Below, piece by piece: positions 1-12,494 of a stretch of DNA of 64,000 bases (within the stretch, counting starts at the first letter, position 1; each line of letters begins with the position of its first letter). The stretch spans positions 62,001-126,000 of the forward strand of contig JASTWF010000324.1 in the NCBI GenBank assembly GCA_030390025.1, given 5' to 3'. The translations under genes and the position numbers were made by a program. Under the pieces are notes generated by a model. That model did not search any database and was not told where the DNA came from. It was given only the letters and a program-made list of their open reading frames with translations. The DNA is from Squalus acanthias. Its lineage: Eukaryota.

Positions 1-424
1 GCCTATACTCATTGGAATTTAGGAGAATGAGAGGTGATCTTATTGAAACATATAAGATGCTGAGGGGGCTCGACAAGGTAAATGCAGAGAGAATGTTTCC
101 CCTCGTGGGGAAATCTAGAACTCAGGGGCACAGTTTCAGAATAAAGGGTCGCCCTTTTAGAATTGAGATGAGGAGGAATTTCTTCTCTCAGAGGGTCGTA
201 AATCTGTGGAATTCTCTGCCCCAGAGACCCGTGGAGGCTGGGTCATTAAATACATTTAAGGTGGAGAGAGACCGATTTTTGCAAGATAAGGGAGTGAAGG
301 GTTATGGGGAGCGGGCGGGGAGGTGGCTTTGAGCCCAAGATCAGCCATGATCTTATTGAATGGCGGAGCAGGCTCGAGGGGCCAAGTGGCCTATTCCTGC
401 TCCTATTTCTTATGTTCTTATGTT
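1..424 (+). mobile_element. CR1 LINE 3' end (ORF2 C-terminus and 3' UTR)
   Basis: [12 protein letters not shown]...NFFSQRVVNLWNSLP motif; ttcttatg-type terminal repeats. Confidence 0.9.
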
Positions 425-512
425 CCTGATCACTATCCAGTGATTCCTGTTGGAAAGTGAGTGAGTGTTGTAGATTAGTTGAATAATCTTACCATTGAAA
501 TCCCTTATAGAT

Positions 513-1463
513 GGGGATCCTCGACACCGGGTGCAGGGGAGCCTCGAGACCGGGTACGGGGGGAAGCCTCGACACCGGGTACAGGGGGAGCCGCGACACC
601 GGGTACGGGGGAGCCTCGACACCGGGGGAGCCTCGAGACCAGGTACGGGGGAGCCTCAAGACCGGGTACGAGCCTCGACACCGGGTACGGGGGGGGGAGC
701 CTCGACACCGGGTACGGGGGGGAGCCTCGACACCGGGTACGGGGGGGAGCCTCGACACCGGGTACGGGGGGGAGCCTCGACACCGGGTACGGGGGGGAGC
801 CTCGACACCGGGTACGGGGGGGAGCCTCGACACCGGGGACGGGGGGAGCCTCGACACCGGGTACGGGGGGAGCCTCGACACCGGGTACGGGGGGAGCCTC
901 GACACCGGGTACGGGGGGAGCCTCGACACCGGGTACGGGGGGAGCCTCGACACCGGGTACGGGGGGAGCCTCGACACCGGGTACGGGGGGAGCCTCGACA
1001 CCGGGTACGGGGGGGAGCCTCGACACCGGGTACGGGGGGGGATCCTCGACACCGGGGGAGCCTCGAGACCGGGTACGGGGGGGGATCCTCGACACCGGGG
1101 GAGCCTCGAGACCGGGTACGGGGGGAGCCTCGACACCGGGTACGGGGGGAGCCTCGACACCGGGTACGGGGGAGCCTCGACACCGGGGGAGCCTCGAGAC
1201 CAGGTACGGGGGAGCCTCAAGACCGGGTACGAGCCTCGACACCGGGTACGGGGAGAGCCTCGACACCGGGTACCGGGGGAGTCTCGACACTGGGTACCGG
1301 GGGAGTCTCGACACCGGGTACCGGGGGAGCCTCGACACCGGGTACGGGGGGAGTCTCGACACCGGGTACGGGGGGAGCCTCGACACCGGGTACGGGGGGA
1401 GCCTCGACACCGGGTACAGGGGGAGTCTCGACACCGGGTACAGGGGGAGCCTCGACACCAGGG
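513..1463. repeat. CpG-rich minisatellite, 24-25 bp unit gagcctcgacaccgggtacggggg(g)
   Basis: Roughly 40 tandem units, with shorter variants. Confidence 0.95.
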
Positions 1464-2039
1464 CCCCTTTTAAAAATAATTGTATAAGATATCACAATGA
1501 TGGTAAAAGCAAATTGGACATTAGTGTCTATCTCCCCCAGAAGCCCATTATATTCACAGCGCAGGATGGGTTTAACACGCTACACTAATTAGATTTCGCA
1601 CACATTGGATAGTTAAAGAAAAACTTATTAAAAAAAAACTATATCCCGCAGATTGTTTAAGCGGCTGTCTGCCTGTTGAACCCTCCTGTTCCCGGCTAGT
1701 CGTGACGTACTCTAGTTGTGTGACTCTCGTACTAGTCCTGGTGAGAGCACCATGCCTCACAAGAATATAGTTAATCGATTGTGGTCTGAGTTGTCAGCTT
1801 AAATGTAGAACACAGTAAAAGCGATTGATTGCAATCATTTCCCTATTTACTGATGTTATAAATCCGCACTGACAATGCAAACCCTGTGCCACGTTAGCCC
1901 GAGTATCACTCTGGAGGGAAGCAAACACGATTCAGGATCATTTTCACCACAGCTCACCAGGCTTGTGGGCCTCGTGTCGATTGCGCTTCCCAGCTCCCAG
2001 CCGCCTCCTAGAATAGAACTGACCTTTGTGATGTGCTAC

Positions 2040-2420
2040 TGAAACATAAGATTCTGAGGGAGGGATTGACAGGGTAGATGCTGAGAGGTTGTTTCCCCTG
2101 GCTGGAGAGTCTAGAACCAGGGGTCACAGTCTCTGGATAAAGGGTCAGCCATTTAGGACTGAGATGAGATGAGAAATTTCTTCACTCAGAGGGTTGTTAA
2201 TCTTTGGAATTCTCTACCCCAGAGGGCTGTGGACGCTCAGTCTTTGAGTATATTCAAGACAGAGATCGATAGATTTTTGGACTCCAGAGGAATCAAGAGA
2301 TATGGGGATCGGGCAGGAAAGTGGAGTTGAGGTTGAAGATCAGCCATGATCTTATTGAATGGCGGAGCAGGCTCGAGGGGCCGAATGGCCGACTCCTGCT
2401 CCTAATTCTTGTGTTCTTAT
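2040..2420 (+). mobile_element. CR1 LINE 3' end
   Basis: Homologous to 1-424, same 3' UTR hairpin and tail. Confidence 0.85.
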
Positions 2421-2904
2421 TAATATAAACCCGATATTACCTAGTGGTGGGAGTTGCAAGAAACGGGGAACTGGGCTAAAACACAGGCGCAGCAGGTAAA
2501 CACCATTTAGCCACAAAGCTGCCTTCTTCGCATATCCTGAACCCCACCAACCCACCTTCTCACCATATCCCACAACCCAAATAACTCTGTACTACCATTA
2601 GGCTATACGGGTTCCCTCCAGTACCTAGCCCAAGTGACAATGCTCCGTGTGCATTGGCAGGAGATTTGACTAAGGGGGCATCACATGTGAGACTGAGGGA
2701 AAAAATATCCAGGTGAGAGGATGCTGACACAGCCCATGGCAGACGAATCCCAAGCACCAATTAAAGAGCCGCTCACCTGCTGCAGCCAGGATACGGTGAC
2801 TGTAACAGGATAAGACGAGACAAAGCAAAGAAGAGGAAAAAAATCTTACAATATGCAAGCTGTTGTGGTTAAATGCATCCAATGTGGTACCAAGCAATAG
2901 AAGG

Positions 2905-3290
2905 AAAAGACTTGTGTTTCTACAGCGCCTTTCACCACCTCAGGACGTCCCAAAGCGCTTTACAGCCAATGAAGTACTTTTGAAGTATAGTCACTGTTGT
3001 AATGTAGGAAACACAGCAAGCTCCCATAAACAACAATGTGATAATAACAGGATAATCTGTTTTAGTGATGTTTATTGAGGAATAAATATTAGCCCATGAA
3101 ATAGTGCTATGGGATCTTTTACGTCCACCTGAGAGAGCAGACGGGGGCCTCGGTTTAACGTCTCATCCGAAAGACGGCACCTCTGACAGTGCAGCACTCC
3201 CTCGGCACTGCACTGGGAGTGTCAGCCTGGATTTTTGTGCTCAAGTCCCTGGAGTGGGACTTGAACCCACGACCTTCTGACTCAGAGGCT
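2905..3290 (-). mobile_element. Deu-domain SINE copy
   Basis: Reverse complement of the 7527-8273 family, with internal deletions. Confidence 0.85.
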
Positions 3291-3620
3291 GATTTAACTC
3301 CATCTACCTGCCTTGGTTCCATAACCGTTAATACCCTTGCCCAACAAAAATCTGTCAATCTCAGTTTTGAAATTTTCAATTGACCCCCAGCCTCAACAGC
3401 TTTTTGGGGGGGAGGGAGTTCCAGATTTCACTACCCTTTGTGTGAAGTGCTTCCTGACATCACCCCTGCACGGCCTGGCTCTAATTTTAAGATTCCGCCC
3501 CCTTGTTCTGGACTCCCCCCACCAGAGGAAATAGTTTCTCTCGATCCATCCTGTCAAATGCTTTTATCGTTTTAACCACCTCAGTTCGATCGCCCCTTAA
3601 TCTTCTACACTCATGGGAAA
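3288..3620 (-). mobile_element. CR1 LINE 3' fragment
   Basis: Reverse-complement similarity to the CR1 ORF2 end (gagaaactatttcc, ttcacacaaagggtagtg). Confidence 0.75.
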
Positions 3621-4826
3621 GCTGTAAAAAAAAAGTTTATAGGATCCCAAGTTTTACAAATTGGAGTACAGAGTTGTGTGTAAGGTTGCTGTGTGTTTGG
3701 GGAAGGGAAGGAGAGGGGGGGATTAATCGGGACAATCCATTGATGATTTGGCTGACCTTATTATAAGGTTGTGCCCCCCTTCAGAGGGTGCTGGTTACCC
3801 CTGGAAGCCGGACCCCCGCCCGGGCTGCTGCCTTGAAGAGAGGAAGAATGAAAAGCAAAGGAAGAGTTACAAAAAAAAATTCTCAATGAATGCCGAGGAT
3901 TCTCAATGGATTACAACCTCCATTAATCAATATGGAAAGTTTATTTTTCCGTCGCTCTCTCTCTCTGCTTCTGTCAGAGTAATCTGTCTTAGTTTGCTCA
4001 TTGCTGACACATCTCCAAACGGACGCAAGATGGTTAGAATATGGCAGCTGTTTCCTCACAGGATGGGTCCGATCCTCACTGCCCAGCGGTGACAGCTTAA
4101 ACAACTTCGGCTCAGTCACTTAACTTGCTGTGGGCACCCCCTGGGGGCTGTGTGAGGGGGGATGGGGGGAGGGAAGGATTCTTGACTCCTCGCTCCTGTA
4201 ATGTTCCCCCTCACCGCAGATGGCCTCTCCCATCAATGTTGTGGGGTTCACGTCTGAAGCAGATATTTGAGGTGTTGTGCGCGGAATTAAAAGGGGAGAG
4301 AGTTTAATGGGGTGGGTGGGTGTGTCGGGGGGGGGGGGGGGGGTGGGGGAATATTCTGAACTTCCTTGCTTCTCCCGGGCCTCTCTCATGTCTTCGGACC
4401 GCAGGGTTCCAGCCACACAACAGGCTCAATGGGATGGCGTCCAGCATTAAAGCGGAGCTGGCCTCACACTGTCTAAAGCACTTCAGAGGCAGTGTGCTCT
4501 CCTACTTGATTCATCACTGTCCATTTCTGTGGGCTGACAAGTGTGCTGCAACAAAGAGACTGCAGTGGACACACTCTGACCCCTGGTCAATTGCTCCGGA
4601 CACAAAGTCCCCCCTCTCAATAATACCTCCATTAGCACTACATCCAGCCCGTGTGCCATTGTCCTGCTCAAACAGTGGGATACGGACATCAAACTGAAGG
4701 GGAATGGCCATTCAGGACATCTTTTCACCAGCGCTGTGAAAGTGAAAGGGATTTATTTACTTTAGCAGCTGCTTGTTTTGGGTGTGTGTGTGTGTGTGTG
4801 CGCTGAACCTGTTTATATACACAAAC

Positions 4827-5268
4827 TACAGGCTGGAATCTAATCGAGGGGTTCGGGGGGGTTTATATATAGAATAACAGATACCCGGGAGTGTGTTACA
4901 GGCTGGAATCTAATCGAGGGGTTCGGGGGGTTTATATATAGAATAACAGATACCCGGGAGTGAGTTACAGGCTGGAATCTAATCGAGGGGTTCGGGGGGT
5001 TTATATATAGAATAACAGATACCCGGGAGTGAGTTACAGGCTGGAATCTAATCGAGGGGTTCGGGGGGTTTATATATAGAATAACAGATACCCGGGAGTG
5101 AGTTACAGGCTGGAATCTAATCGAGGGGTTCGGGGGGTTTATATATAGAATAACGGATACCCGGGAGTGAGTTACAGGCTGGAATCTAATCGAGGGGTTC
5201 GGGGGGTTTATATATAGAATAACAGATACCCGGGAGTGAGTTACAGGCTGGAATCTAATCGAGGGGTT
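4827..5268. repeat. Minisatellite, ~69 bp unit, ~6.4 copies
   Basis: Unit tacaggctggaatctaatcgaggggttcggggggtttatatatagaataacagatacccgggagtgagt. Confidence 0.95.
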
Positions 5269-6244
5269 TGAATGGTGACTGCGCTGGATGTGTCTGTATT
5301 GTGCACAGGTACTTTGATTGTGTAATTTCTATTATTCTAATAACGACTGGCGCCCACAGTGCTCGGTGAATCCACACACACAAGAGGAGCGAGTGTCACA
5401 CCATCACAGTTGCTTGTTTTGTCGATTTACGCTCCTCTCCTCCTGAACTCGCTGGCCTACACTTTCTCCCACCCTTTCCCCATCCCTCGCTCACGTGACT
5501 GCTCCTCCTGTCTGAGTCGCGACCTTGGCTGTCACCGTGCTATTTGACCTTGGGGTTCACCACAACCGAACCAGACCTTTTTCTTGACCGGACATTCACG
5601 CACTTTGACTTCTCAGCTCGGATCACAGGGAATTGGTCAGGTCCCCAGGCCGACATTTCCCCCTCCCAATCCTAGGGGACGTTGAGGCTAATTGTGGTCT
5701 CCTTGCTGCCCCCCAGGATCATCCACCCCAGATCAATCCCGGCATCTTGCTGTTCTGTAAGGATTGCCTCCAGACTGCGCCAGCCAGCTGAGCCACTGGG
5801 AGAGCGATTGGCAACTTTCTGCCCGGCTTTGCTTTGTTTTCTAATTAATTCCCAACAGTGACCACACATCAAAAGTACTTCATTGGCTGTAAAGCGCTTT
5901 GGGACGTCCTGAGGTCGGGAAAGGTGTTGTATTGGTATACCTTTAAACAAAAACAAGGTCCTTAAAACCTACCTCTTTGACCAAGCTTTTGGTCACCTGT
6001 CCTAATTTCTCCTTATGTGACTCGGTGTCAATTTTTGTTTGATAATCGCTCCGGTGAAGCACCTTGGGATGTTTCACTACGTTAAAGACGCTATAGAAAT
6101 ACAAGTTGTTGTTGTAGCTTTAAAGGGCCAGTGTTGTGGTTTTAATGGGCTCCAGTTCAGCGCTCTCTCTGTAGGTGAGATCTGTCACCGAGGAGACCCG
6201 GATACAATAGCTTCTCCATTACATGGAGAAAACTGACAGGTGTT

Positions 6245-6480
6245 TGTACCCAGAGAGTGGAGAGAATGTGGAACTCGCTACCACAGGGAGTGGGTGAGGC
6301 GAATAGCACAGATACATTTCAGGGGCAGCTAGATAAACACACGAGGGAGAAAGGAATAGAAGGATATGCCGATAGGGTGAGATGAAGAGGGGTGGGAGGA
6401 GGCTCGTGTGGAGCAGAAACACCGGCACGGACCAGTTGGGCCGAATGGCCTGTTTCTGTGCTGTAAATTCGATGTAATGT
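6245..6480 (+). mobile_element. CR1 LINE 3' end (second subfamily)
   Basis: gagaatgtggaactcgctaccacaggg...gggccgaatggcctgtttctgtgctgta; related copies at 14770-14945(-), 34157(-), 50290-50560(+) and 57625-58245(+). Confidence 0.8.
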
Positions 6481-7526
6481 TTTTCAATCAGTTTGTATTG
6501 TTATTGCTCAATATTAAATGGGGCGGGAATAATTGGAACAGAAAGTGCTCTGTCTGTGGACTCCCCCTTCTCCTTTAAACGACCCTGGGTGGTGCAGAGA
6601 CTCATTCCGCGCGGTGTAAATCAGCTCAAATGCTTTGCCGTTCAGGTTACAGGGGTGAGTTGCAAGGACACAGCACAGCAAGACAGCCTTTGAGGATTCC
6701 CCTTTTCTCTCTCTTTTCACAAGGCACTTTTCACCCACTAGTAACCTCTGACATGACTTTTACCCCCAACGAGTTGAGCAACATCATAAAAAGTAGCAGG
6801 GACAACAATTCCAGCCAGTTCTGAGCCCTCCTCCCTCCCACCCCCCTCCTCACTCTGCCCTGAATGGGGGGAGGGGCAGCTTAAAGAGTCCATAGTGCCC
6901 GACCTTTTCAAGGCGACGCTACAATCAAGTTCAGGACACTCCCATACACCTGCACCCCGGCGCCCCACCAAACTGGCCTGTCAAGGGCTCCGCACATCCA
7001 TCTCAGATCCTGCAGATGTCAGGTCTCTCACCTCATGCATCTCTCAAAGGCGAATGGGGGGAGAGAGTGTGATCACCACTGGACACCCTGCCCAACAATG
7101 AGACGCTCCATCTTTACAACATTTGGTTTCTGCCAAAACAAACAGATGGAACCTCATTGCATATCAATCAGCCCCCACGCGCTGCCTTCCTTCAATGCCT
7201 GAGCAGGAACTCAGCCTGGAGCTCAGCGTCGTTTAAAGGCTCCTGCGATATGCGGGTTTTGTTAAACAGGACGGACCAACGTTACGATGGGTTGAGATGA
7301 GAGCCGGGTTGTCGCTGGCAGTGCGGAGAATGGTACTGGCTAATTTCTAGCGAGCATCGCAGGGATGGGTCACATGGCAACACAGGCAGTGCGAGCAACC
7401 TTTCTATAAGGTATTAGGAAGGAAATCATAGCTGGAGTATTAGAGAGAGCCTTGTCAGACAATGATAGAAACAGCGACACAAAGGCAGGCTATTCGGCCC
7501 ATCGGGACTGTGCTTGTGATGTGATG

Positions 7527-8273
7527 AGCTGGGCAGCACTCTCGCCTCTGAGTCACAAGGTTGTGGGTTCGAGTTCCACTCCAGCAACTTGAGCACAAAA
7601 TCTAGACCGACACGCCAGTGCAGTACTGAGGGAGCGCCGCACTGTCGGAGGGGCAGTACTGAGGGAGCGCCGCACTGTCGGAGGGTCAGTACTGAGGGAG
7701 CGCCGCACTGTCGGAGGGGCAGTACTGAGGGAGTGCAGCACTGTCGGGGGTGCAGTACTGAGGGAGTGCTGCACTGTCGGGGGTGCAGTACTGAGGGAGC
7801 GCCGCACTGTCGGAGGGGCAGTACTGAGGGAGTGCAGCACTGTCGGAGGGGCAGTACTGAGGGAGCGCCGCACTGTCGGAGGGGCAGTACTGAGGGAACG
7901 CTGCACTGTCGGAGGGTCAGTACTGGGGGAGAGCTGCACTGTCGGAGGTGCCGTCTTTCGGATGAGACGTTAAACCGAGGCCCTGTCTGCTTTCTCAGGT
8001 GGACGTAAAAGATCCCATGGCACTATTTCGAAGAAGAGCAGGGGAGTTATTCCCAGTGTCCTGGCCAATATTTATCCCTCAACCAACATCACTAAAACAG
8101 ATTATCTGGTCAATATCACATTGCTGTTTGTGGGAGCTTGCTGTGCGCAAAATTAGCTGCCACGTTTCTTACATTACAACAGTGACTACACTTCAAAAAG
8201 TACTTCATTGGCTGTGAAGCGCTTTGGGACGTCCTGAGGTGGTGAAAGGCGCTGGAGAAATGCGAGTCTTTCT
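7527..8273 (+). mobile_element. tRNA-derived Deu-domain SINE (SacSINE1/AmnSINE1-like) with an internal 33-bp expansion
   Basis: tRNA-like head with B box ggttcgagttc, central gatgagacgttaaaccgagg...aaagatcccatggcact, and tail aagcgctttgggacgtcc...aaaggcgct shared with the L2-like LINE. Confidence 0.85.
7617..7950 (+). repeat. 33-bp SINE-internal minisatellite, ~10 copies
   Basis: Unit cagtactgagggagcgccgcactgtcggagggg. Confidence 0.95.
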
Positions 8274-8445
8274 TGGCCTAACTCCACCTTGGCTCTATTG
8301 TCTATATGCAAGGACAGTAAGTGGAACAGGGAAGGTTAATCTGAGGTTGGCTTCAAGTTAAGCCATGGCTACAGGACAAGGAGACACTGGTATAAACTAG
8401 GAAAAGACAAGTTCAAGGGCTGAGGCCAGGGCACACTGTTTCCAC

Positions 8446-8472
8446 AGAGAGAGAGAGAGAGAGAGAGAGAGA
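8446..8472. repeat. (GA)n microsatellite
   Basis: Seen directly; a (GT)n tract also lies at 4782-4800. Confidence 0.9.
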
Positions 8473-8914
8473 CTGACACCGGGAATGGGCGCCGGGCGGA
8501 GCAGTGGAGTCGTTCAGGAAGTCGCGAAATGTTGTGATGGGGAATGTGGGGAAAGCCTAGGTTCCAATGACAGGGTTGGGCCAAAGGATTTAATTCATCT
8601 GCACTTTGCAATTTCTCTGCCCTTTCCTCTCTCGCATTCTGCTTCGAGTGTTTAATCAGATTCCATCCGATGTTGTGACTGGTGTTTACCTCTCATTGAA
8701 CATTGTGAGACCTTGTCAGTCCACCCAGCTCGGTTGTTTTTCTGGGACCAGCGGAAAGGAAGAAAATAGCGCCACTATCTGCCAATGGTTTTGTTTGAAG
8801 GTGTGTTAAATGATCATGATGTTGGCAGTGTCCCTCAGAGCAATGTTGTCACTCCTGAGAGGTGAATCTGTGCAGTGGTGAGAATACCACCAACATCACT
8901 GCACAAGAAACACA

Positions 8915-10335
8915 GAATAATAGAATAGAATCAGAGAATGGTTACAGCACAGAAGGAGGCCATTTGGCCCGTCGAGCCCGTGCCGGCTCTCTGCAAGAGC
9001 ACTTCAGCTAGTCCCACTCATCCGCCCTTTCCCCGTAGCCCTGCAAATCTTTATCCTTCAGGTACTTATCCAATTTCCTTTTGAAAGCCATGATTGAGTC
9101 TGCCTCCACCACCCTTTCAGACAGTGCATTCCAGATCCTAACCACTCACTAAATAAAAAGGTTTTTCCTCATGTCGCCTTTGGTTCTTCTGCCAATCACC
9201 TTAAATCTGTCTCCTCTGGTTCTCGACCCTTCCGCCAATGGGAACAGTTTCTCTCTATCTACTCTGTCTAGACCCCTCATGATTTTGAACACCTCTATTA
9301 AATCTCCTCTCAACCTTCTCTGCTCCAAGGAGAACAACCCCAGCTTCTCTAGTCTATCCACGTAAAGACAGGTGCAAAGTACTCATTTAGTACCCCAGCC
9401 ATGCCCTCTGACTCCATGCATAGGTCTCCCTTTTGGTCCCTAATCGGCCCCACCCCTCCTCTTACTACTGTTTATTTTTTTATATGCCTATAGAAGACTT
9501 TTAAATTCCCTTTTATGTTGGCTACCAATCTATTCTCATACTCTCTCTTTGCCCCTCTTATTTTCTTTTTCACTTCACCTCTCAACTTTCTATATTCAGC
9601 CTGATTCTCACTTGCATTCTTAACTTGACTTCTGTCATACGCCCCCTTTTTCTGCTTCATCTTACTCGCTATCTCTTTCGTCATCCAGGGAGCTCTGACT
9701 TTAGTTGCTCTACGTTTCCCCCTCGTGGGAAAGTATCTCGACTGTACCCGCACCATCTCCTCTTTAAAGGCAGCCCATTGTTCGATTACAGTTTTGCCTG
9801 CCAATCTTTGATTCCAATTTACCCGGGCCAGATCCATTCTCAACCCACTGAAATTTGCCTTCCTCCAATTAAGTATTTTTATTCTAGATTGCTCCCTGTC
9901 CTTTTCCATAGGTAATCTAAACCTTATGATACTATGATCACTGTTCCCTAAATGTTCCCCGACTGACACTTGCTCCACTTGACCCACCTCATTCCCCAGA
10001 ACCAGATCCAGCAATGCCTCCTCCCTCGTTGGGCCGGAAACATACTGATCAAGAAAGTTCTCCTGAACACACTTCAGAAATTCTTCCCCCTCTCTGCCCT
10101 TTACACTATTACTATCCCAGTCTATATTAGGATAGTGGAAGTCCCCCATTATCACTACTCTATAGTTCTTGCACCTCTCTGTAATCTCCCTGCAAATTTG
10201 CTCCTCCATATCCTGCCCACTATTTGGTGGCCTATAGAATATACCTAGTAGTGTAATGGCAACACTATTATTTCTTAACTCTAACCAAACAGATTCTGTC
10301 CTTGACCCCTCCAGGACATCCTCTCTCTCCAGCAC
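8915..10335 (-). mobile_element. CR1 LINE: endonuclease/linker region joined to the 3' end, RT domain deleted
   Basis: ORF 9472-10362 has AP endonuclease motifs (YRPP, GDF, LDLVL, SDH); 9149-9361 is the ORF2 C-terminus; junction near 9363. Confidence 0.88.
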
Positions 10336-10574
10336 ATCTATCGATAAGAAGCACAACTCCATTGCCTAAAGCTCCAGTATTGGAGTCTGAACCTTTCTTC
10401 ACTCCACCCCTGCCCTGTCCAAATCTCCACCTTGTTATCTCTCTTCCCTCCATCAGAAACCCCTAAAAAACTCTCCCCCTTGCCCGTGCTTTTGCCCATC
10501 CTCCAATCGCCTCTTCCCCAAGTCCCATCTCCCGCTCATTGTCCTTTCTGCTCACTGTCAGTTGCTTTAAAGAA

Positions 10575-11042
10575 AAGAAAGGAAGATTTGCATTTCTATA
10601 GAGTCTTTCACAACCTCAGGACGTCCCAAAGCGCTTTACAGCCAATGAAGTACTTTTGATGTGTAGTCATTGTTGTAATGTAGGAAATGTGGCAGCCAAT
10701 TTGCACACAGCAAGATCCCACAAACAGCAATGTGATAATGACCAGAGAGTCTGTTTTAGTGATGTTGATTGAGGGATAAATATTGGCCCCAGGACACCGG
10801 GGAGAACTTCCCTGCTCTTCTTCTAAATAGTGGCCATGGGATCTTTTATGTCCACCTGAGAGGCAGACTTGGTCTCGGTTTAACGTCTATCTATATATAG
10901 CACCTCTGACAGTGCGGCACTCCCTCAGTACTGCACTGGGAGTGTCAGCCTGGATTGTGGACTCAAGTGTCTGGAGTGGGACTTGAACCCACAACCCTCT
11001 GACCCAGAGGCGAGAGTGCTGCCCACTGAGCCATGGCTGACA
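10575..11042 (-). mobile_element. Deu-domain SINE, full length, unexpanded
   Basis: Head tcagccatggctcagtgggcagcac through to the tail; a single copy of the 33-bp segment. Confidence 0.88.
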
Positions 11043-11608
11043 CTGAGACTGTGAGGAGCCTCGTGTAAAGGCAGTCGGTTGCTGCCTGAATATTGGACCA
11101 CATCCAGTTTAAAGTATTAGTCAGTCTCAGGTGGCATTATACACCTGGGAGTCAAGGTGAAGCGGGGTCAGTGGGCGGGGTTACTCGGACCAGAACAGAC
11201 GTAATTTCTTATTTTTGTAGTTCCATTATTAATTCCCATGCCCATATATTTACAATGGTAACTTTCTATGTAAACCTGTCATGCTGTAGTTACACCCTCC
11301 CACCAGTGGGGGTACTTGTAAGATAAGGAATGATCTTGGCTTGGAATTTCCGTGGAGCCGCTCCCACTCTGCACCGTAACTTTGCTGGAAATCCTGTTTA
11401 CACGCCACACATCCAGCGATGTTACGGCAGCAGAGCAGGACCAGCTCCGGCCCTGGTGGGGTGACGGCCCAGAGAAGAGGGACGGGATCCATGGCTGATT
11501 TTTTCCCCCTCAGCTCAGGTGTGGTGAGGCTCATTGAAGTTCTCCTGACTGAGAACAGTTAACAAAACTGAACCTGGACCTTCCGAACTGCCAGCTGTGG
11601 CTCAGTCG

Positions 11609-12167
11609 CCTCTGTAACCTCCTCCAGCCCAACAACCCTCCGAGATCTCTGTAACCTCCTCCAGCCCTACAACACTCCGAGATCTCTGTAACCTCCTCCA
11701 GCCCCACAACCCTCCGAGATCTCTGTAACCTCCTCCAGCCCAACAACCCTCCGAGATCTCTGTAACCTCCTCCAGCCCCACAACCCTCCGCGATCTCTGT
11801 AACCTCCTCCAGCCCAACAACCCTCCGCGATCTCTGTAACCTCCTCCAGCCCTACAACCCTCCGAGATCCCTGTAACCTCCTCCAGCCCCACAACCCTCC
11901 GCAATCTCTGTAACCTCCTCCAGCCCTGCAACCCTCTGCGATCTCTGTAACCTCCTCCAACCCCACAACCCTCCGAGATCTCTGTAACCTCCTCCAGCCC
12001 CACAACCCTCCGCGATCTCTGTAACCTCCTCCAGCCCCACAACCCTCCGCGATCTCTGTAACCTCCTCCAACCCCACAACCCTCCGCGATCTCTGTAACC
12101 TCCTCCAACCCCACAACCCTCCCTCTCTCTGTAACCTCCTCCAGCCCAACAACCCTCCGAGATCTCT
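11609..12167 (+). repeat. 37-bp minisatellite derived from an L2-like LINE, ~15 copies
   Basis: Unit ctctgtaacctcctccagccccacaaccctccgagat; runs directly into L2-like sequence to ~12290. Confidence 0.93.
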
Positions 12168-12348
12168 GCGCTCCTCCAATTCTGGCCTCTTGTGCATCTC
12201 TGATTTTAATCACTCCACCATTGGCGGCCGTGCCTTCAGCTGCCTGGGCTCTGGAATTCCCTCCCTAAACCTCTCCGCCTCTCTACCTCCAACAGTAACG
12301 TGCTACAAACTGGGCCCAGTGCTCGTGTCCGACACCCCTGCCTTGTAC

Positions 12349-12426
12349 CTGTCGCAGTTCATTCTTCTCGGGGCTGGTCTTCCTGGGAGGCTGCTCGTTG
12401 TTGCAGTCGTCCCTCCCGGAGGCATT
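12349..12426 (-). CDS. BTRC: BTRC coding exon, equivalent to human exon 3
   Basis: 78 nt, phase 0-0, acceptor ctccccttttccttgcag and donor CAG|GTACAA. Translates NASGRDDCNNEQPPRKTSPEKNELRQ versus recalled human NSSEREDCNNGEPPRKIIPEKNSLRQ. In frame with, and in the correct order after, the 59920-60027 exon. Confidence 0.93.
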
Positions 12427-12494
12427 CTGCAAGGAAAAGGGGAGAATGATGAGACAAGCTCTGGGTCGCCGGTGAGAAGGTGATTGGCAAAATT

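Noticed and set aside
479..1588. Long overlapping ORFs (up to 369 aa) on both strands
   Set aside because: Read-through of a 24-25 bp minisatellite lacking stops in most frames; no protein signature.
1958..2007. Possible 50-nt exon (ttctag...GTGAGC, minus strand)
   Set aside because: Short pyrimidine tract; the peptide is unrelated to BTRC and does not restore frame with the 23-nt candidate.
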